64,000 bases of DNA from Macrostomum lignano (lineage: Eukaryota), in the NCBI GenBank assembly GCA_002269645.1, contig NIVC01000292.1:434001-498000 (forward strand). The letters are read 5' to 3'. Position 1 is the stretch's first letter. Each line of letters starts with the position of its first letter. Of the stretch, positions 12,236-28,592 are shown one piece after another. The notes beneath the pieces are model-generated. The model was not told the DNA's origin. It worked only from the letters and a program-made list of their open reading frames with translations, and made no database searches. The position numbers and the translations under genes are program-made.

Positions 12236-13056
12236 CAAGCTGTTGAAACCCGCGGATTTTGAACCCGGGGAATTCTAACACCCGGAACTACTTTTGCATG
12301 TATTCTGAAATCTAAGGCCATTCACAAACAAAAACTTGTTAATAGTTAGTAGGATAGAGGTAGACATAAAATGGAGCACATTCGTGTAAAATTAGGGTTT
12401 GAGACATTGTTGGCTGGGGTACTGCACAGAATGTCAGGCAATGTCTGTCTGACTCAAAAACATATATTGCTAAACTCTGCTCTCTCCCTGACTCTCCCTA
12501 CGTCCCTTGGATCCTTTAAAATTTCTATCATCTCCTTGTTTCCTCTCATCTCTCTCGTCCCTCGTCTCTCCTCTCTCCTCTCTCCCTCTTCTCTCGTATC
12601 TTCCCTCATCTCTCTTCTCTTTCATCTCTCTTATCTCATCTCTTGTCTCTTCTTTTCTCTCTCCTCTCCTCTCTCCTCTCCGCTCTCCTCTTTCCCCCTC
12701 TCCTCTCTCCTCTCACCCCCTCTTCTCTCTTATCTTCCTTCTCCTTTCTATTCTTTTCTCTCTTCTCTTAACTCTCTTCTCTACTCTCTCATCTCTCCTC
12801 TCTACTCTTTCCTATCTCTCTCCTCTCTCCCCTCTTTTCTCGTCTCTTCTCTCACCTCTTTCCTCTCTCTTTCCTCTCATCTCTTTTCTTGTTTTATCTC
12901 TTCTCTCTCCCCTCATCGCTCGTCTCTTCCCTCACCTTTCTTCTCTCTCGTCTGCGTTTTCATCTCTCCTTTCTCTTCTTTTATCTTTTCTCTCTTATCT
13001 TTTCTCATTTCTCTCTGCTCTGCTCTGCTCTCTCTCTCTCTCTCTCTCTCTCCCTC

Positions 13057-13133
<77 letters not shown>

Positions 13134-15452
13134 TCTCCTCTCCCATCTCTCTTCTCCTCTCTACTCTCTCCCCTCTTCATTCTCATATTTCCTCTTCTCT
13201 CTCCCTGTCTCTCCTCTCTCCTCTAGTCTCTGTTATCTCTTCTCTCTTATCTCTCTTCTGTTCTCTCTACTCTCCCATCTCTCGTCTGTTCACCCTCATC
13301 TCTGCTCTCTCATCTGTCATCTTTACTCTCTCATACGTTCTCTCACTTATCTCCTCTGTACTCTTCTCTTTCACCTCTTCTGACTCCTCTCTTTCCTTAC
13401 TCCTCTCTTCTTTTCTCTTCCCTCTTCTATACTCTCTCTCCTCTATTATCTTCTCTCGTCTCTCTGCACTCTCCTCTCACCTTTTTCATCTCTCATCTTT
13501 ACTCTCTCATCTCTCCTTTAATCTGTCTCATCTCTACAATCTCATCTCTCCTTTCTCCTCTCTTCTTACACCCATCTCTTATCTCTATTTCTTCTCTTCT
13601 CACTCCTCTCTTCCCCTCTTATCTCCTCTCTTCTCTATCCTTTCTACTCTCTCCTCTCTAATCTCTCCTCTCCTCTTGACCCTCTGTCATCTTCTTTCTG
13701 CTCTCTCATCTCTACTCTCTTCTCACTCTTCTCTACTCTCCTCTCATCGATCCTCTGTCTCATCTCTCCCCTCCTCTGTAGAGGAGAGTCTCTCTGCACT
13801 CTCCTCTCACCTTTTTCATCTCTCATCTTTACTCTCTCATCTCTCCTTTAATCTGTCTCATCTCTACAATCTCATCTCTCCTTTCTCCTCTCTTCTTACA
13901 CCCATCTCTTATCTCTATTTCTTCTCTTCTCACTCCTCTCTTCCCCTCTTATCTCCTCTCTTCTCTATCCTTTCTACTCTCTCCTCTCTAATCTCTCCTC
14001 TCCTCTTGACCCTCTGTCATCTTCTTTCTGCTCTCTCATCTCTACTCTCTTCTCACTCTTCTCTACTCTCCTCTCATCGATCCTCTGTCTCATCTCTCCC
14101 CTCTTCTCACCTTTACTTTTTCCTCTCCCTCCTTTCTCCCCTCCTCTCGCTTCCTCCTCCCTTCTTCTCTTATCCCCCTCTCGCCTCTCCTCTCTTCTAA
14201 TAGTCTATTCCTTCTCCTTTCCACTCTCATCTGGCCCGCACATAAGCTGGATTCTTTATCTGGCTTTTGAAGTAAAAGTCTGCCGATCCCTGCTTCGAAA
14301 GCCAGTTTGTGGGACGTACTACTCTCATCGTTGTTCTCATGCTTTGATCACGTCATCTTTCTTGCCAATTTGCAGCCCTGAAAGAAATTTGTGTATCTTC
14401 AGCTCCACTGCAGTCTGCATCAGTCTAACAATAAAAACCAAGGAAATACGCATTTCTTAGGAGGCCATTTAAAATTTACACAGTACCTTTAAAAGAAACC
14501 TAAAATTTCCATGGTGTGCCTAATTTAGTAGGGTTGTATTGCATTGCATCGCATCGCCTTTTCATAAATATTTCGCTTTTACAAACCATGCTGGATTCCC
14601 TCGATTTGCCAATTGCCATCCAGTGTTAAACTGCTGCAGAGTTTGCCAATACAGAGGACAGTGGTTAGAATTTCTCACTAAACTGTCACGGCTAAACGTA
14701 GCCTCTCCACTCTCGGGGTGCAGAGAAGGCTACAAATAAAGTTATTCCAAAACACTGTACATTTGCTATGTACATTCAGTCCTATCGCCTGACCCTTCGT
14801 CTGGCTCTGGGGGAATGAGTGAGTGAGTGGCACAAACAACAGAAAAAGCAGACAAACTTCACATGCTTACAGTTTCTTTTTCGGTTGAGTTACAGAGTTG
14901 AAACTTTACATTTAGATAGAGAATGAGTTAATAAAGAATTGTGTCAAGTTTGAAGTCAATCGCTTTACGTGGAGCAAACTTATGGCAGCTGAAAATTAGT
15001 CAATTTTGAAACCCTTTTACACATCTGGGCCCAGATCGGGATCGAGAAAGAGAGGCAGGCGGGCGGAGGTTGGGGTGGTTGCTACGCTGAAAAAAGCAGC
15101 CTAACTTTAAAAGTGCACAGCGCCGTTCAGGATTAACTTTGAAACTCGAAATTTTACATGATTGTTCCAAAATAGTTGAAGATTATCTGTGTCAAATTTG
15201 AAGAGAATCGGTAAAAGTGGAACGGCGCTATGGAGGATTTAGTGAAAAAATCGCGCATTTTGAGCAGTTTTTTGTACTTTTAGGTAGGAAGACTCAAATT
15301 TAGGAAATTTAAAGGTAGCCTAAGACATTCTCCGTAGTAAGTTTAGGGTGGGTGTAAAGTTTGGTGTAATTTGGTTGAGCGGTTTGGGAGTCCATAGCGA
15401 TCAAAATTGTCCACACACAGACACACAGAGTTTTGATTTTTATAGGTAGAGA
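12236..15452 (-). mobile_element. Helitron-like family 1, unit 3 (3,217 bp, B-type)
   Basis: Junction GTAGAGA|CAAGCTG at 12235/12236; contains a 330-bp internal tandem duplication. Confidence 0.8.
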
Positions 15453-16311
15453 CAAGCTGTTGAAACCCGCGGATTTTGAACCCGGGGAATTTCAATCCCC
15501 GGAACTACTTTTGCATGTATTCTGAAATCTAAGGTCATACACAAACAAAAACTTGTTATTAGTTAGTAGGATAGAGGTAGACATAAAATGGACACATTCG
15601 TGTAAAATTAGGATTTGAGGCAAACATTGATATTGTTGGCTGGGTACTGCACAGAATGTCAGGCAATGTCTGTCTGACTCTAAAACATGTATTGGCAAAC
15701 TCTGGCCTCTCCCTGACTCTCCCTATGTCCCTTGGATCCTTTAAAATTTCTATCTTCTCTTCTGTTTCCTTTCTTATCTCTCGTCCCTCGTCTCTCTTCT
15801 CTCCTCTCTCCTCTCTTCTCTCATATCTTCCCTCATCTCTCTTCTCTTTCATCTCTCTTATCTCTTGTCTCTTCTCTCTACTCTTTCCTCTCTCTCTCCT
15901 CTCTACTTTTCGTTTTCTCTCTCCTCTCCTCTCTCCTATCTTCTTTCGTATCTTCCCTCATCTCTCTTCTCTTTCATATCTCTTATCTCATCTCTTCCCT
16001 TTTCTTTTCTCTCTCCTCCTCTCTCCTCTACTTTTTCGTTTTCTCTCTTCTCCTCTCTCTCCTCTCTCCCCCTCTTCTCTCGTCTCTTCCTTCTCCTCTC
16101 TATTCTTTTCTCTCTTCTCTTAACTCTCTCCTCTCTCCTCTCTACTCTTTCCTCTCTCTCTCCTCTCTCCCCTCGTCGCTCGTCTCTTCCCTCACCTCTC
16201 TTCTCTCTTGTCTGCATTTTTATCTCTCCTTTCTCTTCTTTTATCTTTTCTCTCTTATCTCTTCTCGTTTCTCTCTGCTCTGCGCTCTCTCTCTCTCTCT
16301 CTGTCTCTCTT

Positions 16312-16376
<65 letters not shown>

Positions 16377-19300
16377 TCTCCTCTCCCATCTTTCTTCTCC
16401 TCTCTACTCTTTCCCCTCTTCATTCTCCTATTTCCTCTTCTCTCTCCCTGTCTCTCCTCTCTCCTCTAGTCTCTGTAATCTTTTCTCTCTTATCTCTCCT
16501 CTGTTCTCTCTACTCTCCCATCTCTCGTCTGTTCACCCTCATCTCTGCTCTCTCATCTGTCATCTTTACTCTCTTATACGTTCTCTCACTTATCTCCTCT
16601 GTACTCTTCTCTTTCACCTCTTCTGACTCCTCTCTGTCCTTACTCCTCTCTTCTTTTCTTTTCCCTTTCTATACTCTCTCTCTCTCGTCTCTCTGCACTC
16701 TCCTCTCCCCTTTTTCATCTCTCATCTTTACTCTCTCATCTCTACAATCTCATCTCTCCTTTCTCCCCTATTCTTACACCCCTCTCTTATCTATATCTCT
16801 TCTCTTCTCACTCCTCTCCCCCCCTCTTATCTCCTCTCTTCTCTATCCTTTCTACTCTCTCCTCTCCTCTTGACCCTCTGTCATCTTCTTTCTGCTCTCT
16901 CATCTCTACTCTCTTCTCACTCTTCTCTACTCTCCTCTCATCCATCCTCTGTCTCATCTGTCCCCTCTTCTCACCTTTGGCAAACTGCTGGGGTACTCCA
17001 CAGAATGCCAGGCAATGTCTGTCTGACTCTAAAACATGTATTGGCAAACTCTGGCCTCTCCCTGACTCTCCCTATGTCCCTTGGATCCTTTAAAATTTCT
17101 ATCGTCTCTTCTGTTTCCTTTCTTCTCTCTCATCCCTCGTCTCTCCTCTCTCTTCTCTCCTCTCTCCTATCTTCTCTTGTATCTTCCCTCATCTCTCTTC
17201 TGTTTCATCTCTTCCCTATTCTTTTCTCTCTCCTCTCCTCTCTCCTTTCTACTTTTCGTTTTCTCTCTGCTCTTCTCTCTCCTCTCTACTCTTTCGTTTT
17301 CTCCCTCCTCTTCTCTCTCCTCTCTCCCCCTCTTCTCTCGCCTCTTCCCTCACATCTTTCCTCTCTCTCTTTCCACTCATCTCTTTTCTTGTTTTATATC
17401 TTCTCTCTCCCCTCGTCGCTCGTCTCTTCCCTCACCTCTCTTCTCTCTCGTCTGCTCTTTCATCTCTCCTTTCTCTTCTTTTATCTTTTCTCTCTTATCT
17501 CTTCTCGTTTCTATCTGCTCTGCGCTTTCTCTCTCTCTCTCTCTCCCCTCTTCATTCTCCTATTTCCTCTTCTCTCTCCCTGTCTCTCCTCTCTCCTCTA
17601 GTCTCTGTAATCTCTTCTCTCTTATCTCTCCTCTCCCATCTTTCTTCTCCTCTCTACTCTCTCCCCTCCATTCTCCTCTTTTCTCTCCTCTCGCCTCACT
17701 CACTTCTCTCTCCCTTTGTCTCTCCTCTCGTCTCTGTAATCTCTTCTCTCTTATCTCTCTTCTGTTCTCTCTATTCTCCTATCTCTCGTCTGTTCATTTT
17801 CGTCTCTGCTCTCAGCTCATCCCCCTCTTTCATCTGTCATCTTTACTGTCTTATATGTTCTCTCATTCTGTCCTCTGTACTCTTTTCTTTCACCTTGTTT
17901 GTCTCCTCATTTTCCTTTCTCCTTTCTTCTCTTCTCTTCTCTTCCCTCTTCTATATACTCTCTCCATGTCTCGTCTCTTCTCTCTCCACTCTCCTCCTTT
18001 ATCTCTTCTCTCTTCCATTCTCTCTCTTATCTCTCCTTTCTCCTCTTTACTAACTCCTCTCTACTCGCTCCTCTACACTCTCCTCTCCACTCGCTATTCT
18101 ACTGTCTACTCTCTTCTATCTACTCGCTCCTCTACTCGCTCCTCTACTCTCTCCTCTCTACTCGCCCCTCTACTCGCTCTTCTACTCTCTCCTCTCTACT
18201 CGCTCCTCTCTACTCTTTCCTCTCTACTCGCTCCTCTCTACTCTCTCCTCTCATCGTCCTCACTCCCTCATCTCTCCTATTATATTTTATCTTATCTCTT
18301 ATTCCCTCTCTCACCTCTCCTCTCTTTTCGAATAGTCTATTCCTTCTTCTCCCCACTCTCAACTGCCCCTCGGCCATAAGCTGGATTCTTTTCTGGACTT
18401 AGAGGTAAAAGTCTGCCCATTCCTGCTTGGAAAGCCAGTTTGTGGGACGTAGTACTCTCATGGCTGTTCTCATGCTTTGATATGTCATCTTTCTTGCCAA
18501 TTTGCAAGCCCTGAAAAGAATTTTTGTATCTTCAGCTCCACTGCAGTCTGCATCAGTCTAACAACCAAGGAAATACACATTTTTTAGGAGGCCATTTCAA
18601 TTTCAAAGTACTTTTAAGAGAAACCTAAAATCTCCATGGTGTGACTGTGACTAATTTAGTAGGGTTTTATTGCATTGCATCGCCTTTTCATAAATCTTTC
18701 GCTTTTACAAACCATGCTGGATTGCCTTGATTTGCCATCCACTGTTAAACTGCTACAGAGTTTGCCAATACAGAGGGGAGGGCAGTGGTTAGAATTTCTC
18801 ACTAAACTGTCATGGCTAAACATAGCCTCTCCACTCTCGGGGTGCAGAGAAGGCTATAAATAAAGTTATTCCAAAACACTGTACATTTGCTATGTACATT
18901 CAGTCCTATCGCCTGACCCTTCGTCTCGCTCTGGGGGAATGAGTGAGTGAGTGGCACAAACAACAGAAAAAGCAGACAAACTTCACATGCTTACAGTTTC
19001 TGTTCTGATTGAGTTAGAGAGTTGAAACTTTACATTTAGATAGAGAATGAATCAAAGAAGAATTGTGTTAAGTTAGAAGTCAATCGCTTCACGTGGAGCA
19101 AACTTATGGCAGCCGAAAGTTAGTCATTTAAAAACCTATTTGCACCCTTTGCCCAGATCGGGAAAGAGAGGCAGGCGGGCGGAGGTTGGGGTGGCTGCCT
19201 CGCTGAAAAAAACAGCCTAACTTTAAAAGTGCACAGCGCCGTTCAGGATTAACTTTGAGATTCGAAATTTTACATGATTGTGCCAAAATAGTTTAAGATT

Positions 19301-19564
19301 ATCTGTGTCAAATTTGAAGAGAATCGGTAAAAGTGGAGCGGCGCTATGGAGGATTAAGTGAAAAAATCGCGCATTTTGAGCAGTTTTTTGTACTTTTAGG
19401 TAGGAAGACTTAAGTCTAGGAAATTAAAAGGTAGCCTAAGACATTCTCCGTAGTAAGTTTAGGGTGGGTGTAAAGTTTGGTGTAATTTGGTTGAGCGGTT
19501 TGGGAGTCCATAGCGATCAAAATTGTCCACACACAGACAGAGTTTTGACTTTTATAGGTAGAGA
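15453..19564 (-). mobile_element. Helitron-like family 1, unit 4 (4,112 bp, A-type with internal partial duplication)
   Basis: Junction at 15452/15453. The block CAGAATGCCAGGCAATGTCTGTCTGACTC recurs internally at about 17000. Confidence 0.8.
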
Positions 19565-22676
<3,112 letters not shown>

Positions 22677-23564
22677 CAAGCTGTTGAAACCCGCGGATTT
22701 TGAACCCGGGGAATTTCAATCCCCGGAACTACTTTTGCATGTATTCTGAAATCTAAGGTCATACACAAACAAAAACTTGTTAATAGTTAGTAGGATAGAG
22801 ATAGACATTAGGATTTGAGGCAAACATTGATATTGTTGACTGGACTGGGGTACTTCACAGAATGTCAGGCAATGTCTGTCTGACTCTAAAACATGTATTG
22901 GCAAACTCTGGCCTCTCCCTGACTCTCCCTACGTCCCTTGGATCCTTTAAAATTTCTATCGTCTCTCTGTTTCCTTTCTTCTCTCTCATCCCTCGTCTCT
23001 CCTCTCTCTTCTCTCCTCTCTTCTCTCGTATCTTCCCTTATCTCTCTTCTCTTTCATCTCTCTTATCTCTTGTCTCTTCTCTCTACTCTTTTCTCTCTCT
23101 CTCCTCTCTACTTTTCGTTTTCTCTCTTCTCTCCTCTCTCCTCTCTACTTTTCGTTTTCTCTCTCCTCTCCTCTCTCCTATCTTCTTTCGTATCTTCCCT
23201 CATCTCTCTTCTCTTTCATATCTCTTATCTCATCTCTTCCCTTTTCTTTTCTCTCTCCTCTCCTCTCTCCTCTACTTTTTCGTTTTCTCTGTTCTCCTCT
23301 CTCTCCTCTCTCCCCCTCTTCTCTCGTCTCTTCCTTCTCCTCTCTATTCTTTTCTCTCTTCTCTTAACTCTCCTCTCTCCTCTCTACTCTTTCCTCTCTC
23401 TCTCCTCTCTCCCCTCGTCGCTCGTCTCTTCCCTCACCTCTCTTCTCTCTTGTCTGCATTTTTATCTCTCCTTTCTCTTCTTTTATCTTTTCTCTCTTAT
23501 CTCTTCTCGTTTCTCTCTGCTCTGCGCTCTCTCTCTCTCTCTGTCTCTTTTCTCTCTCTCTCTT

Positions 23565-23633
<69 letters not shown>

Positions 23634-24434
23634 TCTCCTCTCCCATCTCTCTTCTCCTCTCTACTCTTTCCCCTCTTCATTCTCCTATTTCCTCTTCTCT
23701 CTCCCTGTCTCTCCTCTCTCCTCTAGTCTCTGTAATCTCTTCTCTCTTATCTCTCCTCTGTTCTCTCTACTCTCCCATCTCTCGTCTGTTCACCCTCATC
23801 TCTGCTCTCTCATCTCTACTCTCTTCTCACTCTTCTCTACTCTCCTCTCATCCATCCTCTGTCTCATCTCTCCCCTCTTCTCACCTTTGGCAAACTGCTG
23901 GAGTACTCCACAGAATGCCAGGCAATGTCTGTCTGACTCTAAAACATGTATTGGCAAACTCTGGCCTCTCCCTGACTCTCCCTACGTCCCTTGGATCCTT
24001 TAAAATTTCTATCGTCTCTTCTGTTTCCTTTCTTCTCTCTCATCCCTCGTCTCTCCTCTCTCTTTTCTCCTCTCTCCTATCTTCTCTTGTATCTTCCCTC
24101 ATCTCTCTTCTGTTTCATCTCTCTTCCCTATTCTTTTCTCTCTCCTCTCCTCTCTCCTTTCTACTTTTCGTTTTCTCTCTGCTCTTCTCTCTCCTCTCTA
24201 CTCTTTCGTTTTCTCCCTCCTCTCCTCTCTCCTCTCTCCCCCTCTTCTCTCGTCTCTTCCCTCACATCTTTCCTCTCTCTCTTTCCACTCATCTCTTTTC
24301 TTGTTTTATATCTTCTCTCTCCCCTCGTCGCTCGTCTCTTCCCTCACCTCTCTTCTCTCTCGTCTGTTCTTTCATCTCTCCTTTCTCTTCTTTTATCTTT
24401 TCTCTCTTATCTCTTCTCGTTTCTATCTGCTCTG

Positions 24435-24495
<61 letters not shown>

Positions 24496-26695
24496 CTCTT
24501 CATTCTCCTATTTCCTCTTCTCTCTCCCTGTCTCTCCTCTCTCCTCTAGTCTCTGTAATCTCTTCTCTCTTATCTCTCCTCTCCCATCTTTCTTCTCCTC
24601 TCTACTCTCTCCCCTCCATTCTCCTCTTTTCTCTCCTCTCGCCTCACTCACTTCTCTCTCCCTTTGTCTCTCCTCTCGTCTCTGTAATCTCTTTTCTCTT
24701 ATCTCTCTTCTGTTCTCTCTATTCTCCTATCTCTCGTCTGTTCCTTTTCGTCTCTGCTCTCAGCTCATCCCCCCTCTTTCATCTGTCATCTTTACTGTCT
24801 TAATGTTCTCTCATTTTGTCCTCTGTACTCTTTTCTTTCACCTCTTTTGTCTCCTCACTTTCCTTTCTCTTTTCTTCTCTTCTCTTCTCTTCCCTCTTCT
24901 ATATACTCTCTCCATGTCTCGTCTCTTCTCTCTCCACTCTCCTCCTTTATCTCTCATCTCTCATTTCTCATCTCTCCTTACACCTCTCTCATCTGTACAA
25001 CTTTATCTCTTCTCTCTTCCATTCTCTCTCTTATCTCTCCTTTCTTCTCTTTACTAACTCCTCTCTACTCGCTCCTCTACACTCTCCTTTCCACTCGCTA
25101 TTCTACTGTCTACTCTCTCCTATCTACTCTACTGTCTACTCTCTCCTATCTACCCTACTGTCTACTCTCTCTTATCTACTCTACTGTCTACTCTCTCCTA
25201 TCTACTCTACTGTCTACTCTCTCCTATCTACTCGCTCCTCTACTCGCTCCTCTACTCTCTCCTCTCTACTCGCCCTTCTACTCGCTCTTCTACTCTCTCC
25301 TCTCTACTCGCTCCTCTCTACTCTTTCCTCTCTACTCGCTCCTCTCTACTCTCTCCTCTCATCGTCCTCACTCCCTCATCTCTCCTATTATCTTTTATCT
25401 TTTCTCTTATTCCCTCTCTCACCTCTCCTCTCTTTTCGAATAGTCTATTCCTTCTTCTCCCCACTCTCAACTGCCCCTCAGCCATAAGCTGGATTCTTTT
25501 CTGGACTTAGAGGTAAAAGTCTGCCCATTCCTGCTTGGAAAGCCAGTTTGTGGGACGTAGTACTCTCATGGCTGTTCTCATGCTTTGATATGTCATCTTT
25601 CTTGCCAATTTGCAAGCCCTGAAAAGAATTTTTGTATCTTCAGCTCCACTGCAGTCTGCATCAGTCTAACAACCAAGGAAATACACATTTTTTAGGAGGC
25701 CATTTCAATTTCAAAGTACTTTTAAGAGAAACTTAAAATCTCCATGGTGTGACTGTGACTAATTTAGTAGGGTTTTATTGCATTGCATCGCCTTTTCATA
25801 AATCTTTCGCTTTTACAAACCATGCTGGATTGCCTTGATTTGCCATCCACTGTTAAACTGCTGCAGAGTTTGCCAATACAGAGGGGAGGGCAGTGGTTAG
25901 AATTTCTCACTAAACTGTCATGGCTAAACGTAGCCTCTCCACTCTCGGGGTGCAGAGAAGGCTATAAATAAAGTTATTCCAAAACACTGTACATTTGCTA
26001 TGTACATTCAGTCCTATCGCCTGACCCTTCGTCTCGCTCTGGGGGAATGAGTGAGTGAGTGGCACAAACAACAGAAAAAGCAGACAAACTTCACATGCTT
26101 ACAGTTTCTTTTTCGGTTGAGTTACAGAGTTGAAACTTTACATTTAGATAGAGAATGAGTCAATGAAGAATTGTGTCAAGTTTAAAGTCAATCGCTTTAC
26201 GTGGAGCAAACTTATGGCAGCCGAAAGTTGGTCAATTTTGAAACCCCTTTTACACATCTGGGCCCAGATCGGGAAAGAGAGGCAGCCGGGTGGAGGTTGG
26301 GGTGGTTGCTACGCTGAAAAAAACAGCCTAACTTTAAAAGTGCACAGCGGCTTTCAGGATTAACTTTGAGATTTGAAATTTTACACGATTGTGTCAAAAT
26401 AGTTGAAAATTGTCTGTGTCAAATTTGAAGAGAATCGGTAGAAGTGGAGCGGCGCTATGGAGGATTAAGTGAAAAAATCGCGCATTTTGAGCAGTTTTTT
26501 GTACTTTTAGGTAGGAAGACTTGAGTCTAGGAAATTAAAAGGTAGCCTAAGACATTCTCCGTAGTAAGTTTAGGGTGGGTGTAAAGTTTGGTGTAATTTG
26601 GTTGAGCGGCTTGGGAGTCCATAGCGATCAAAATTGTCCACACACAGACAGACAGACAGACAGACAGACAGAGTTTTGATTTTTATAGGTAGAGA
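22677..26695 (-). mobile_element. Helitron-like family 1, unit 6 (4,019 bp, A-type with internal partial duplication)
   Basis: Junction at 22676/22677. Same internal restart as unit 4 (about 23890). Ends GGTAGAGA|T at 26695/26696. Confidence 0.8.
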
Positions 26696-26828
26696 TTAGT
26701 ATTAGTATAACTAGTTTTAAACAAATACAAAATTTAACTGCATGGTTCCAAACAAAACAAGGACATGAAAAGAAAAGTGTAACAGGGTTCAAGTTAGGAG
26801 ACGCCAATGCAGGATCGCTCGTGGGACT

Positions 26829-28592
26829 TCAATGTGTCTCGTGCCAGATCCTGAAGCATGGATCTGGACAGAGACCAGGATGTCCGGGACAGTGGCTGCA
26901 GCAAAATACTGTCTTCTTAGCTGGAACGTCAGGTTTCAAAGAGCACATTCGGCATCGTTTGCTTGGGCGAGCCTGGGCTTCCGTTGCTGGGAGTCTCATC
27001 GGTGAATGAATTGGACGGTTAGCCTGCATCGGGGCTGGAACCTGAGTCGGTGGCCGAGCGCGTCCCGGTCCTGAGTCGCGGATCAGCGTCTTGATACTAT
27101 TCTCTAGGAAAGTCAAAAATTTGGCTGTCCCACCACATTTCTTGTACAGCGTCCAAGCGTTTCGTACAAGCGTGAGAATCAGGTGAAACGCGACTTTCTG
27201 GAACCATTTGTAGGACTTACGATTTGGATGGTAGAGATGCACGGACGCATCAAGTCGATCAACACCGCCCATGTTGCGATTGTACTGGATGACAGCCGTT
27301 GGCTTCGGAATTTGATCAACTTGACCACCGCGACGAACTCTGCGAACATCAGTGCAAGCGGCAGGCATGCTTGTGTCCAGAAGGTAGACAACCTTTGTTC
27401 CCGAGGCCTTTCTGTCTGCTAGCTTGATAGCGAGTGTCTGATTGCACCTCATGAAGCCCTGACCCGGAGCAACCACTAATTTTTCTTGCAATTCTCTCGG
27501 GATTCCACGATCCTTTCGAACAGTCCCGGTGAGCAAGGCCTTTTTTTCAAACAAGTAGATAGCCAATCTGTGTGATGTAAACCAACTATCCGCGTATATG
27601 TGGTATCCTTCACCCAGTAGTTCGCGGCTAAGCTCAACAACGACTCGTTCGCTCATGGAGAGCTCATCGCATTGGAGACCGGCACCGAAGGTTGCGTGTT
27701 CGGCCTCAACAGAATGCAGCAGGAAATTCCACAGGTATCCCGTCGTGGACTCAGTCAGACAATACAGTTTGATGCCGTACTTTGCCTTCTTGCTTGGAAT
27801 ATACTGCTTCAGCAGAAGTCTCCCCTTGTATAGAATCAGCGTCTCATCGATGGCGACATCCTGCTCTGGTCGATAGGTTTCGCGACAAATTCGGCTAATC
27901 AAGTCCAGAAAAGGCCTTACTTTGCACAGTGGGTCGTTGATATCGAACTCTCGGCAGTCGTAGCACCGGAAGTAGGCCAGTAGCTGAAGAAATCGCCAAC
28001 GGGGAAGGCTCTCGGCTTGCTGAAAATATGGATTCCGATACATGACGTCTGTGGACCAGTAGTGGCGTATGGTCGGCTTGCTGTTGATGCCCATGAAGAG
28101 CACCATGCCCAGAAACTTTTTCATCTCGGCCACACAGCATGGTTTAAGAGCAGACAGTCCAGCAGGCAACTCTTCCTCGCCAGTTTCTGCACTCTCCTGC
28201 TGAAACTCCCTGACTGACAACCACATTCTCTCATTGGTCCATGTGACAAGACTGGTGAGAAACTCTTCAGTCAGGAAGATTGATAAAAATTCCGCCATAC
28301 TTTCGTCTGGATTTTCTGGCAGATCGATGCTTGGATTGATGGTCGAAAACCCTCGGAATTCCGGCACCCGGTCGTGGTCAAACGAGTTGTCACTTCCAGG
28401 GGCTACTTCAACCCATTCCGCGGCCGCCTCATCTTGGCTCTGATCAGTTTCTGGATCCATGCTTTCCGACTCCGTTTCTGACTCAAAAACCGTCGACTCA
28501 TCGCTTGATAAAGCGTCATCCGAATCGGAATCGAGTCCCAGTCTGCGCAAGGCATCACTTTTAGCTGTCCTTTTCGGGCGCGTAGAAGCCAT
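26829..28592 (-). CDS. piggyBac (PGBD-type) DDD transposase, 587 aa, uninterrupted ORF
   Basis: Acidic N-terminus. Catalytic motifs VAIDETL, IYADSWFTS and NMGGVDRLD; KAKYGIK motif. C-terminal Cys-rich domain CRMC...CCSHC...LCPDPCFRIWH. Confidence 0.95.
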   Translation of the reverse strand: MASTRPKRTAKSDALRRLGLDSDSDDALSSDESTVFESETESESMDPETDQSQDEAAAEWVEVAPGSDNSFDHDRVPEFRGFSTINPSIDLPENPDESMAEFLSIFLTEEFLTSLVTWTNERMWLSVREFQQESAETGEEELPAGLSALKPCCVAEMKKFLGMVLFMGINSKPTIRHYWSTDVMYRNPYFQQAESLPRWRFLQLLAYFRCYDCREFDINDPLCKVRPFLDLISRICRETYRPEQDVAIDETLILYKGRLLLKQYIPSKKAKYGIKLYCLTESTTGYLWNFLLHSVEAEHATFGAGLQCDELSMSERVVVELSRELLGEGYHIYADSWFTSHRLAIYLFEKKALLTGTVRKDRGIPRELQEKLVVAPGQGFMRCNQTLAIKLADRKASGTKVVYLLDTSMPAACTDVRRVRRGGQVDQIPKPTAVIQYNRNMGGVDRLDASVHLYHPNRKSYKWFQKVAFHLILTLVRNAWTLYKKCGGTAKFLTFLENSIKTLIRDSGPGRARPPTQVPAPMQANRPIHSPMRLPATEAQARPSKRCRMCSLKPDVPAKKTVFCCSHCPGHPGLCPDPCFRIWHETH

